Sequence record: NZ_CP106960.1
From: a plasmid
Strand: one strand, 5' to 3'
Length of the DNA stretch: 64,000 nt
This document shows, one piece after another, positions 29,618-39,445 of the stretch; the stretch's first letter is position 1; each line of letters starts with the position of its first letter. A program made the translations under genes and the position numbers. The notes under the pieces are model-generated. The model did not search any database. It saw only the letters and a list, made by a program, of their open reading frames with translations, and was not told where the DNA came from.

Positions 29618-29843
29618 CGCCGTGCCGACACGACAGCCCGACTTCGAGCGGAAGATGCAAGGGCGACACCGCAGGCCGCAGCGCAGATAAAAGCGAGGAC
29701 GTTCTGGACGGTTCTCCCGCGAAACCTGAGCGGGAGAACGACGGGAAGAACGGCATCAGGCGTAAAAATCTGCGACCGGGCGAGGATGGCGGCAAAGCGA
29801 ACCCTTGCATCTGGAGCGTTCGGGCTAAAGTGAAGGCACGGCG
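29618..29843. repeat. Leading-region repeat A2
   Basis: Near-identical to A1. Confidence 0.7.
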
Positions 29844-29939
29844 CTGATATCCGCCGCGCTGGCGCGGCATAAAAAGCGGAGTAAACGACATCCTTGTGCG
29901 TTGAAAATACCGGCCAGCAAATCCTGGCCGGGCATAGCG

Positions 29940-30275
29940 TTATCGGGTGTACTCCTGCCATTCCATATCAAATCTGTCCCTGACCACCGGCAATTCGGGC
30001 GTACCGGTGACGATCCAACTGTCGAGGAACTTCAGTCCACGCAGCAATGTATTTTCAACTTCATCCAGTAACACTATGCTGCTGAACCAGACCTTTCTCT
30101 CAGGAAATAGCCAGCAGTGATCTGCGCTGTCCTCTTTCACATCTGGCCACCAGGTTCGCCCCATAGACATGGCGCCAGCTTCGGCCAGGGCAAGATTTTC
30201 AGCTTCAATAAGCATATAAACATCGGTTTCAGTGCAGTGGGTTTCGGTCTGAAATCCTGTCAGCCAGGTGTTCAT
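29940..30275 (-). CDS. Hypothetical protein (111 aa)
   Basis: Its start overlaps the stop of the upstream ORF 30272-30784 (operon-like). Confidence 0.4.
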   Translation of the reverse strand: MNTWLTGFQTETHCTETDVYMLIEAENLALAEAGAMSMGRTWWPDVKEDSADHCWLFPERKVWFSSIVLLDEVENTLLRGLKFLDSWIVTGTPELPVVRDRFDMEWQEYTR

Positions 30276-30784
30276 AGGTCTTTTACCTCATTGATGGCAA
30301 ACCGCAGGTGATCCCAGTTAAATCCATAGTTAGCATCGTGCGCGTAATAAGCGCGCTCCATCGCCGCTGCAATCGTCGCGCTATCAAGCGAGCTATCGAC
30401 CGCAAGAAAATCATCTTCAAGCCAGAATGTGCCGGTGCAGAGCGCGTCCTGGGGGTATTCCTGCAGACGGGTCATCATTCCTCCCACAGTCATCTCTCGC
30501 CGCAAAATATGGGACGGGGTAAGCACAGAATCTGCGACATCGTTCCAGCACCATTCTTCATCATCGGGTACAGACTGCTGAATGGTCTGGAGCTGCACAC
30601 CCGGCATCCTGGAAAGTCGTTCCAGCACATCCCCCAGATACAGTCTTTCACCGCTACCGTCTTCACTTCCCAGGTAATGGTTATTGAGATAGACGGCAAA
30701 CTCGCCATTATCGAGATCAATACAGGTCAGTCTGAACATTACGCTCTCATCCTCATTCGGCACCCAGTTGCGCCGTGCCGACAC
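30272..30784 (-). CDS. Hypothetical protein (170 aa)
   Basis: The ORF is downstream (minus sense) of repeat A3. Confidence 0.4.
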   Translation of the reverse strand: MSARRNWVPNEDESVMFRLTCIDLDNGEFAVYLNNHYLGSEDGSGERLYLGDVLERLSRMPGVQLQTIQQSVPDDEEWCWNDVADSVLTPSHILRREMTVGGMMTRLQEYPQDALCTGTFWLEDDFLAVDSSLDSATIAAAMERAYYAHDANYGFNWDHLRFAINEVKDL

Positions 30785-30995
30785 GACAGCCCGACTTCGA
30801 GCGGAAGATGCAAGGGCGACACCGCAGGCCGCAGCGCAGATAAAAGCGATGACGTTCTGGACGGTTCTCCCGCGAAAATTGAGCGGGAGAACGACGGGAA
30901 GAACGGCATCAGGCTTAAAATTTGCGACCGGGCGAGGATGGCGGCGAAGCGAACCCTTGCATCTGCAGCGTTCGGGCTAAAGTGAAGGCACGGCG
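30771..30995. repeat. Leading-region repeat A3
   Basis: Near-identical to A1 and A2. It is the last backbone element before the AT-rich island. Confidence 0.7.
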
Positions 30996-31221
30996 CTGAT
31001 ATCTGCCGCCCTGGCGCGGCATAAAAAGCGGAGCAAGCGACGTCTTTCATAAGGCACCAAATTTGAGATACTGCATCATAGCGGTGCCTGTTATGTATAT
31101 ATTTTTTGGTAAGAAACTTGTTATAGTCGGTAGACTGTAGTGAAATTTTTGTTCAACCTTCTGAAGTTTTTTCTTATTATCATTCCTAATGCAGATATAT
31201 TATTAATTAACAGGATTTTTT

Positions 31222-31899
31222 ATGGCCGGAAGAGAAGATGGTTTAAAGGCACTTTTTGACACGCGATTTATAAGCGCTTGCAGCTACTTTAAAGGCATGG
31301 AAGTTAGAATGCCACTGAATGGGCTAGATCAATTTTTTAATGCGGACACTTTATTTTCAACATTCGATAAATTTTTCATAGTTGAATTTAAATCTTATCA
31401 ATCCAGCCTGAATGCAGAAAGAAAGAAGCCTACGGCTTGCCAAATTTGTTGCGACTTACCTGTTAGCCCTACAATAATACCTTTACATGATGCCTGTCAC
31501 TTTGCTATGTGGGGGAATATAGAAGAGACTTTGCTCTACGGAAATTACGACATATACAGAAAATGCGTCTGCAATTCATCTGTATTACCTACGTGCCGAG
31601 GGGCTGCGCAGTCCATGTTTTCACCAAACCCTAAACATTACGATGTTCTTGCCAGATTAGCAGGGCGAAACAACGCAGGATTAAATGCAGATGACTTTCT
31701 GATTTATCTTGAATGGCTACTTGGCAGGAGAGGAGGAAGTGGCGAAGGTCGTGGAGATTTCAATGCAGCAATATATGCGACATCAACTACTCATGCTGTT
31801 AATGGAGTTCCGTTCAAAAGCATGGCTAGCCTACAACGGTGGTCGAAGGGGGTTCGCCCAGGCAAACGGAATGATGACTGGGATAGCTTCAGTTTTTAG
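31222..31899 (+). CDS. Orphan Cys-rich hypothetical protein (225 aa) in an AT-rich island
   Basis: An ORF in a markedly AT-rich segment with an AT-rich upstream region and no recognisable domain. Confidence 0.4.
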   Translation: MAGREDGLKALFDTRFISACSYFKGMEVRMPLNGLDQFFNADTLFSTFDKFFIVEFKSYQSSLNAERKKPTACQICCDLPVSPTIIPLHDACHFAMWGNIEETLLYGNYDIYRKCVCNSSVLPTCRGAAQSMFSPNPKHYDVLARLAGRNNAGLNADDFLIYLEWLLGRRGGSGEGRGDFNAAIYATSTTHAVNGVPFKSMASLQRWSKGVRPGKRNDDWDSFSF

Positions 31900-31923
31900 A
31901 TAATATTCATTTTATGACGATCT

Positions 31924-32212
31924 GGGTAATGACTCCAACTTACTGATAGTGTTTTATGTTCAGATAATGCCCGATGACCTTGTCATGCAGCTCCACCGAT
32001 TTTGAGAACGACAGTGACTTCCGTCCCAGCCTTGCCAGATGTTGTCTCAGATTCAGGTTATGTCGCTCAATGCGCTGAGTGTAACGCTTGCTGATAACGT
32101 GCAGCTTTCCCTTCAGGCGGGATTCATACAGCGGCCAGCCATCCGTCATCCATACCACGACCTCAAAGGCCGACAGCAGGCCCAGAAGACGCTCCAGCGT
32201 GGCCAACGTGCG
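31924..32212 (-). mobile_element. Truncated, divergent IS1 remnant (3' end: right IR and insB C-terminus)
   Basis: It begins ggtaatgactccaacttactgatagtg (an IS1 terminal IR). The encoded InsB C-terminus is about 90% identical to the full IS1 copies at 36679 and 60068. Confidence 0.8.
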
Positions 32213-32310
32213 TTACCTAACAATAAACCTGTTTAAATATCCAGATAAAAACATTCAATCTGGGTCAAATGAGTGATACAGTTTCACCCATAAGACCCAA
32301 TGGAGGCAAT

Positions 32311-33744
32311 ATGTCTGAATTTGAATTACTGGCGCAGGATCTGCTTGAGAAAGCAGAAGCGGAAGAACAACTGCGACAGGAAAATGATAAAAAGCTGCTC
32401 GGGCAGGTGCTGGAAATCTATGACCAGAAGTACGTGGCTGAACTGCTTAGAAAAGTTGGTAAAAATGAGTGGAGTCGCGAGACTCTTAATCGCTGGATTA
32501 ATGGTAAGTGCTCACCTAAGACGCTGACGTTAGCCGAAGAGGAACTTCTACGAAAAATGCTTCCGGAAGCGCCTGCACATCACCCTGACTATGCCTTCCG
32601 GTTTATTGACCTGTTTGCTGGGATTGGAGGTATACGGAAGGGCTTCGAAACCATCGGTGGCCAGTGCGTTTTTACCAGTGAATGGAATAAAGAGGCTGTG
32701 CGCACATATAAAGCTAACTGGTTTAACGATGCTCAGGAACACACTTTCAATCTCGATATTCGGGAAGTCACGCTCAGTGATAAACCTGAAGTACCTGAAA
32801 ACGATGCCTATGCTTACATTAATGAGCATGTGCCGGATCATGATGTACTTCTAGCAGGTTTCCCCTGTCAACCGTTCAGCCTTGCGGGCGTAAGCAAGAA
32901 AAACTCGCTCGGGCGCGCGCATGGTTTCGAATGTGAGGCTCAGGGAACGCTTTTCTTCGATGTGGCGCGTATTATACGCGCAAAAAAACCTGCCATCTTT
33001 GTTCTTGAAAACGTTAAAAACCTGAAGAGCCATGACAAGGGTAAAACCTTTAAAGTCATCATGGATACCCTCGACGAACTGGGCTATGAAGTTGCGGATG
33101 CAGCTGAGATGGGCAAAAACGATCCTAAAGTTATCGACGGAAAGCACTTTTTACCTCAGCACCGAGAACGTATCGTTTTGGTCGGTTTCCGTCGTGATCT
33201 GAACATTCACCAGGGCTTTACCCTGCGCGATATTAGTCGTTTTTATCCGGAACAGCGTCCGTCATTTGGCGAACTGCTGGAACCCGTGGTTGACAGCAAA
33301 TATATACTGACGCCGAAACTCTGGGAGTATCTCTATAACTACGCCAAAAAGCACGCAGCTAAGGGTAACGGATTCGGTTTTGGCCTCGTTAATCCTGAAA
33401 ATAAAGAAAGCATTGCCCGTACGCTTTCTGCTCGCTATCACAAAGACGGGTCTGAAATTCTGATAGACCGTGGCTGGGATATGGCCACAGGTGAAACAGA
33501 CTTCGCGAACGAAGAAAATCAGGCGCATCGGCCCCGCAGGCTGACTCCACGAGAGTGCGCGCGCCTTATGGGTTTTGAAAAAGTAGATGGCAGGCCTTTT
33601 CGCATTCCTGTGTCAGACACTCAGTCGTACAGGCAGTTCGGTAACTCCGTAGTGGTGCCCGTGTTTGAAGCCGTAGCCAAACTGCTTGAACCTTATATCC
33701 TGAAAGCGGTTAATGCCGATTCGTGCAAGGTTGAACGAATCTGA
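32311..33744 (+). CDS. ecoRIIM: EcoRII-type cytosine-5 DNA methyltransferase (Dcm-like, CCWGG), 477 aa
   Basis: It has C5-MTase motifs [15 protein letters not shown] (I), [11 protein letters not shown] (IV), ENVKNL (VI) and [10 protein letters not shown] (X), and is near-collinear with E. coli Dcm. Confidence 0.85.
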
Positions 33745-33777
33745 TCGCTCCTCCCGGTATTTATGCCGGGAGATAAT

Positions 33778-34992
33778 CTATGGAATATCTGCGTAAAGCC
33801 CTGTCAGCTCAGCAATAAACGCACCTAGCGTCATTAGCTCAGCTCTCACCGCCTCCGGGTATTTTTTGTGCAGCGATGATGGCACGACCAATCTGACACC
33901 CGACTCCCGCATCTCCCGATATTGAGCCAGAGAAACTCCCTCTTGGAGTGTAAACAGATGCACCTGATGAATTTTATCGGCCTCATTCAGTATCTGACGC
34001 CAGCGATCCTTACAGGTAGTCTTGACTGCCAGCATGCGCAGATTTTCTACGGGAAACTCAGTATCGTGGTAAGCCCCTGCGGAAGGGAAAAGGAAATCGG
34101 GTTTTTTATTACCTTCTGTGATGGCCTGCGTCGCAAAGTGTCGCAGGCCGTGCTCAATGAATAGATGCTCCAGGTGCAGTTCCAGCGACTTCCCGGCTCT
34201 GGATTTACGGCGATTGCTGACAGAATTGGCCAGCGCAATAAATTCATCCACAGAGCCAAATCCTTTCCGGATGATATCCAGAACATGCAGTTCCTCAACC
34301 AATAGAAATATGTCGTACTCCACGCGCCGGCGGTCAAGAAGTTGCTCATCCGGATCAAGGGAATTTTTCACATAATGGCTGGCTGCATACTGAATAATTT
34401 CACTTCCCGACGGAAAGCGCAGGTGCCAGTCTTCAGGTAGAATATATTTATGATTTACTGGCGCTTGCTGTAGAGATAGTCCGCCTAGAATCTGTCCTGC
34501 GGGGCCGGATATAAGCGCTCCGGGTATAACTTCACCAATAGCGGTCTCAATGACGTCCTCTTCATCAGTGCTGGCGCATACCCAAATATTTACTTCCTTA
34601 CAGTCCCCCCCTTGCTCATCAAGCTTGAAAGCCAGGAGCGTCAGAGCCCCTGTATTTTCAGGATTCTGAAGTGGGCTGCCTCTACCCCAGCGGGTAATCC
34701 TTTTTTCATTCCGGGTTTTACCAAAATGACGGCTGTTATAATAAATTGCCCGGGCTTCGCTGTCAGGGCAATCATGCGATGACACATGTGCGGTGAGAAA
34801 AACCGAAGGGTTCAGTTCACGGGTATGGTTGATAGACGGAAAGAGTTTTTCAACGATACCTGAAGGGATATAAAGCCCTACCTGGTGACCACCTGTTGCG
34901 CCGGTATCGTTGGCGGAAAGGCGTTTGATGTAGACGAAGTAATTCTCACATGCGATCTCAAGTAGCCAGTTGTGGAAAACCGACATAAGCAT
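33778..34992 (-). CDS. ecoRIIR: EcoRII-type restriction endonuclease (404 aa)
   Basis: It is convergent with the methylase across a 33 bp gap. Size and sequence blocks match my recollection of R.EcoRII (SVFHNWLLEIACENYFVYIKRLSANDTGATGGHQ...). Confidence 0.8.
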   Translation of the reverse strand: MLMSVFHNWLLEIACENYFVYIKRLSANDTGATGGHQVGLYIPSGIVEKLFPSINHTRELNPSVFLTAHVSSHDCPDSEARAIYYNSRHFGKTRNEKRITRWGRGSPLQNPENTGALTLLAFKLDEQGGDCKEVNIWVCASTDEEDVIETAIGEVIPGALISGPAGQILGGLSLQQAPVNHKYILPEDWHLRFPSGSEIIQYAASHYVKNSLDPDEQLLDRRRVEYDIFLLVEELHVLDIIRKGFGSVDEFIALANSVSNRRKSRAGKSLELHLEHLFIEHGLRHFATQAITEGNKKPDFLFPSAGAYHDTEFPVENLRMLAVKTTCKDRWRQILNEADKIHQVHLFTLQEGVSLAQYREMRESGVRLVVPSSLHKKYPEAVRAELMTLGAFIAELTGLYADIP

Positions 34993-35231
34993 CCCCTGTT
35001 ACCCTGAAACTCTACTCACCATTTTTTCATGATTATATACAAACAGCCAGAAAGGCTGTTACAGACGATTTGATCTGCAACCTATTGGTTAAATTAATGT
35101 ATCAAAAACGATGGTTTTTGTGACAGTCTTGAAAAGTCCTGACTTCTCCCGAAAAATGACTCCCCTCATGTAACAAAACTCGTTACTGTATCAACATAAC
35201 AATAACCCCATAACTAATTAGCGAGAAAAGA

Positions 35232-35801
35232 ATGAAAATCGGCTATGCACGTAAATCTACGCATCTTCAGGATGTGGCGCACCAGGTTGACGAACTAACA
35301 AAAGCTGGATGTGAGCAAATCTATCAGGATCAGACCTCACGTAGCGGCCCCAAGCGCGACAAAAAAGGTGCGCCGGAACTGGAGAACTGCCTGAAAGCAT
35401 TGCGCGAGGGAGATACCCTAGTAGTTTGGGCACTAGATCGGCTCGGCGGTTCATTGGGTCAAGTCATTACTTTACTCGACGACCTGAAGAAACGCGGAAT
35501 AACTTTCATAGCCATCAAGGACAGAATAGACACAAATGCGCCAGTTATAGGGGAAATCTATACTCATCTGATGGCGATATTCTCTAGCTTTGAACGCAAC
35601 CGCAATATTGAAAGAACGCGCTCAGGCCTTGCAGCTGCACGCGCAAGGGGCCGTGTGGGAGGGAGAAAACCGTCACTTTCTGAAGAAGATGTTAAACAAA
35701 TTAGAATCTTACTTGCTGATCCTGAAATGACAGTTGGTGCAGTTGCTAAGCGCTTCAACGTTTCTCGCATGACTATTTATCGCTACACCACAAAATCATG
35801 A
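35232..35801 (+). CDS. Serine recombinase (resolvase/invertase family), 189 aa
   Basis: It has an N-terminal catalytic motif (GYARKST), LDRLGGS, an E-helix (ERNRNIERTRSGL) and a C-terminal HTH. Confidence 0.7.
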   Translation: MKIGYARKSTHLQDVAHQVDELTKAGCEQIYQDQTSRSGPKRDKKGAPELENCLKALREGDTLVVWALDRLGGSLGQVITLLDDLKKRGITFIAIKDRIDTNAPVIGEIYTHLMAIFSSFERNRNIERTRSGLAAARARGRVGGRKPSLSEEDVKQIRILLADPEMTVGAVAKRFNVSRMTIYRYTTKS

Positions 35802-36733
35802 ATGACCGCAGCATGGCGGTTTTATTTTCTTATGCCCGTCAGGGCATGGAAGGCGACCACGCCGGACTTAAACGGGCACCGGCCGCAAATCGCCGGAAAC
35901 CGCAACGCTGACCGTATCGCCCGGCCCAGCCCCTCCCTGCAAAGCCATAACCCAGCCCGCCGCCACGCAGCTGCCGCACGTCCCCCACGGTGGTGCGCAG
36001 TGGGCGCCGCGCGCCTGCGCGCGGGAACGGCGGCCCGCCTTCGGGTCGCGGCGCCGTACTGCGCGTTAGCGGCCGCACGCGGCCGGTTACGGGGGACACT
36101 ACGCCATACGACCAGCGACCCGCTGAGCTGCACAATCCACGGATAACACAAGCTACATACATGTCGATATGGGAATCGGCCCACCTTGCCGGGCTGCGTA
36201 ATTGCATCGGACTTGACTACCCATTTGCATTTTACTTGGTGACCGTTTGCAGATTACTTGACCATCACCAACTAAATCTGTCCCATTAGATTTAGTTGGC
36301 GTAAGGCCTTACATCTTAACGGCTGCTGTGTGCCAACAGCGGAAGTTGCTAACCGGATTTTTACTGAAGCTTGAGCAGCGATGCCACTTACTGATGCCTA
36401 TCAGTAATGGGGCTCTTGATGATTCAAATAAAAAAGATTAAATTGATTGAGATTATTCCTATTTTATTGATCGTTTTCGCATGAGCTTGGAAAACCATGA
36501 ATCAGATCTTCACTATATAAAACAACGAACTATGGAGGAAGCGTGGGCGGCGAAACTAAGAATATTGATGAGATTGCAGGTATCATTTCCAGTAGAATTT
36601 TTGATGAATTAGGCTGGAAAACCCAAAAAACAACGGATATAAGTTGGGACTGTTGTTTGAGATCTCATCTAAACGCTAGGTGATGCTGCCAACTTACTGA
36701 TTTAGTGTATGATGGTGTTTTTGAGGTGCTCCA

Positions 36734-37009
36734 GTGGCTTCTGTTTCTATCAGCTGTCCCTCCTGTTCAGCTACTGACGGGGTGGTGCGTAACGGCAAAA
36801 GCACCGCCGGACATCAGCGCTATCTCTGCTCTCACTGCCGTAAAACATGGCAACTGCAGTTCACTTACACCGCTTCTCAACCCGGTACGCACCAGAAAAT
36901 CATTGATATGGCCATGAATGGCGTTGGATGCCGGGCAACCGCCCGCATTATGGGCGTTGGCCTCAACACGATTTTCCGCCATTTAAAAAACTCAGGCCGC
37001 AGTCGGTAA
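36734..37009 (+). CDS. insA: IS1 InsA
   Basis: A 91 aa zinc-finger protein ([16 protein letters not shown]...). Confidence 0.9.
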   Translation: MASVSISCPSCSATDGVVRNGKSTAGHQRYLCSHCRKTWQLQFTYTASQPGTHQKIIDMAMNGVGCRATARIMGVGLNTIFRHLKNSGRSR

Positions 37010-37431
37010 CCTCGCGCATACAGCCGGGCAGTGACGTCATCGTCTGCGCGGAAATGGACGAACAGTGGGGATACGTCGGGGCTAAATCGCGCCAGCGCTG
37101 GCTGTTTTACGCGTATGACAGGCTCCGGAAGACGGTTGTTGCGCACGTATTCGGTGAACGCACTATGGCGACGCTGGGGCGTCTTATGAGCCTGCTGTCA
37201 CCCTTTGACGTGGTGATATGGATGACGGATGGCTGGCCGCTGTATGAATCCCGCCTGAAGGGAAAGCTGCACGTAATCAGCAAGCGATATACGCAGCGAA
37301 TTGAGCGGCATAACCTGAATCTGAGGCAGCACCTGGCACGGCTGGGACGGAAGTCGCTGTCGTTCTCAAAATCGGTGGAGCTGCATGACAAAGTCATCGG
37401 GCATTATCTGAACATAAAACACTATCAATAA
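36928..37431 (+). CDS. insB: IS1 InsB' (transposase made by an InsAB' frameshift fusion)
   Basis: The ORF is in the -1 frame relative to insA. The sequence is a canonical InsB. Confidence 0.9.
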   Translation: MPGNRPHYGRWPQHDFPPFKKLRPQSVTSRIQPGSDVIVCAEMDEQWGYVGAKSRQRWLFYAYDRLRKTVVAHVFGERTMATLGRLMSLLSPFDVVIWMTDGWPLYESRLKGKLHVISKRYTQRIERHNLNLRQHLARLGRKSLSFSKSVELHDKVIGHYLNIKHYQ

Positions 37432-37446
37432 GTTGGAGTCATTACC

Positions 37447-38214
37447 CTGCGGGCGTTGCCGGCGGGTTTATTGCTCGTGATGATCGTCCGACAGATTCCA
37501 ACGGGAATCTGGTGGATGCGCATCTTCATCCTCGGCGCACTTAATATTTCGCTATTCTGGAGCTTGTTGTTTATTTCGGTCTACCGCCTGCCGGGCGGGG
37601 TCGCGGCGACGGTAGGCGCTGTGCAGCCGCTGATGGTCGTGTTCATCTCTGCCGCTCTGCTAGGTAGCCCGATACGATTGATGGCGGTCCTGGGGGCTAT
37701 TTGCGGAACTGCGGGCGTGGCGCTGTTGGTGTTGACACCAAACGCAGCGCTAGATCCTGTCGGCGTCGCAGCGGGCCTGGCGGGGGCGGTTTCCATGGCG
37801 TTCGGAACCGTGCTGACCCGCAAGTGGCAACCTCCCGTGCCTCTGCTCACCTTTACCGCCTGGCAACTGGCGGCCGGAGGACTTCTGCTCGTTCCAGTAG
37901 CTTTAGTGTTTGATCCGCCAATCCCGATGCCTACAGGAACCAATGTTCTCGGCCTGGCGTGGCTCGGCCTGATCGGAGCGGGTTTAACCTACTTCCTTTG
38001 GTTCCGGGGGATCTCGCGACTCGAACCTACAGTTGTTTCCTTACTGGGCTTTCTCAGCCCGGGGACCGCCGTGTTGCTAGGATGGTTGTTCTTGGATCAG
38101 ACGCTGAGTGCGCTTCAAATCATCGGCGTCCTGCTCGTGATCGGGAGTATCTGGCTGGGCCAACGTTCCAACCGCACTCCTAGGGCGCGTATAGCTTGCC
38201 GGAAGTCGCCTTGA
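37447..38214 (+). pseudogene. 5'-truncated pecM-like EamA/DMT-family transporter gene (cut by IS1)
   Basis: The multi-TM protein has no start codon, begins at the IS1 boundary, and is convergent with tetA(A) as in the Tn1721 tet module. Confidence 0.7.
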
Positions 38215-38245
38215 CCCGCATGGCATAGGCCTATCGTTTCCACGA

Positions 38246-39445
38246 TCAGCGATCGGCTCGTTGCCCTGCGCCGCTCCAAAGCCCGCGACGCAGCGCCGGC
38301 AGGCAGAGCAAGTAGAGGGCAGCGCCTGCAATCCATGCCCACCCGTTCCACGTTGTTATAGAAGCCGCATAGATCGCCGTGAAGAGGAGGGGTCCGACGA
38401 TCGAGGTCAGGCTGGTGAGCGCCGCCAGTGAGCCTTGCAGCTGCCCCTGACGTTCCTCATCCACCTGCCTGGACAACATTGCTTGCAGCGCCGGCATTCC
38501 GATGCCACCCGAAGCAAGCAGGACCATGATCGGGAACGCCATCCATCCCCGTGTCGCGAAGGCAAGCAGGATGTAGCCTGTGCCGTCGGCAATCATTCCG
38601 AGCATGAGTGCCCGCCTTTCGCCGAGCCGGGCGGCTACAGGGCCGGTGATCATTGCCTGGGCGAGTGAATGCAGAATGCCAAATGCGGCAAGCGAAATGC
38701 CGATCGTGGTCGCGTCCCAGTGAAAGCGATCCTCGCCGAAAATGACCCAAAGCGCGGCCGGCACCTGTCCGACAAGTTGCATGATGAAGAAGACCGCCAT
38801 CAGGGCGGCGACGACGGTCATGCCCCGGGCCCACCGGAACGAAGCGAGCGGGTTGAGAGCCTCCCGGCGTAACGGCCGGCGTTCGCCTTTGTGCGACTCC
38901 GGCAAAAGGAAACAGCCCGTCAGGAAATTGAGGCCGTTCAAGGCTGCCGCGGCGAAGAACGGAGCGTGGGGGGAGAAACCGCCCATCAGCCCACCGAGCA
39001 CAGGTCCCGCGACCATCCCGAACCCGAAACAGGCGCTCATGAAGCCGAAGTGCCGCGCGCGCTCATCGCCATCAGTGATATCGGCAATATAAGCGCCGGC
39101 TACCGCCCCAGTCGCCCCGGTGATGCCGGCCACGATCCGCCCGATATAGAGAACCCAAAGGAAAGGCGCCGTCGCCATGATGGCGTAGTCGACAGCAGCG
39201 CCGGCCAGCGAGACGAGCAAGACCGGCCGCCGCCCGAAACGATCCGACAGCGCGCCCAGCACAGGTGCGCAGGCAAATTGCATCAACGCATACAGCGCCA
39301 GCAGAATGCCATAGTGGGCGGTGACGTCGTTCGAGTGAACCAGATCGCGCAGGAGGCCCGGCAGCACCGGCATAATCAGGCCGATGCCGACAGCGTCGAG
39401 CGCGACAGTGCTCAGAATTACGATCAGGGGTCTGTTGGGTTTCAC
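38246..39445 (-). CDS. tetA(A): Tetracycline efflux MFS transporter TetA, class A (399 aa, GTG start)
   Basis: The sequence is collinear with TetA(A) of Tn1721/RK2 (KPNRPLIVILSTVALDAVGIGLIMPVLPGLL...). Confidence 0.95.
   Translation of the reverse strand: MKPNRPLIVILSTVALDAVGIGLIMPVLPGLLRDLVHSNDVTAHYGILLALYALMQFACAPVLGALSDRFGRRPVLLVSLAGAAVDYAIMATAPFLWVLYIGRIVAGITGATGAVAGAYIADITDGDERARHFGFMSACFGFGMVAGPVLGGLMGGFSPHAPFFAAAALNGLNFLTGCFLLPESHKGERRPLRREALNPLASFRWARGMTVVAALMAVFFIMQLVGQVPAALWVIFGEDRFHWDATTIGISLAAFGILHSLAQAMITGPVAARLGERRALMLGMIADGTGYILLAFATRGWMAFPIMVLLASGGIGMPALQAMLSRQVDEERQGQLQGSLAALTSLTSIVGPLLFTAIYAASITTWNGWAWIAGAALYLLCLPALRRGLWSGAGQRADR

Larger units (their letters stand above)
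36679..37446 (+). mobile_element. IS1: IS1 (768 bp), copy 1
   Basis: Terminal IRs (ggtgatgctgccaacttactgat ... agttggagtcattacc) enclose insA and insB'. It is identical to the copy at 60068-60835. Confidence 0.95.

Noticed and set aside
35802-36289. Overlapping ORFs of 99-122 aa on both strands in the GC-rich block after the recombinase
   Set aside because: They are mutually overlapping in different frames and Arg/Ala/Pro-rich, so there is no coherent gene. The block is treated as a non-coding high-GC fragment.
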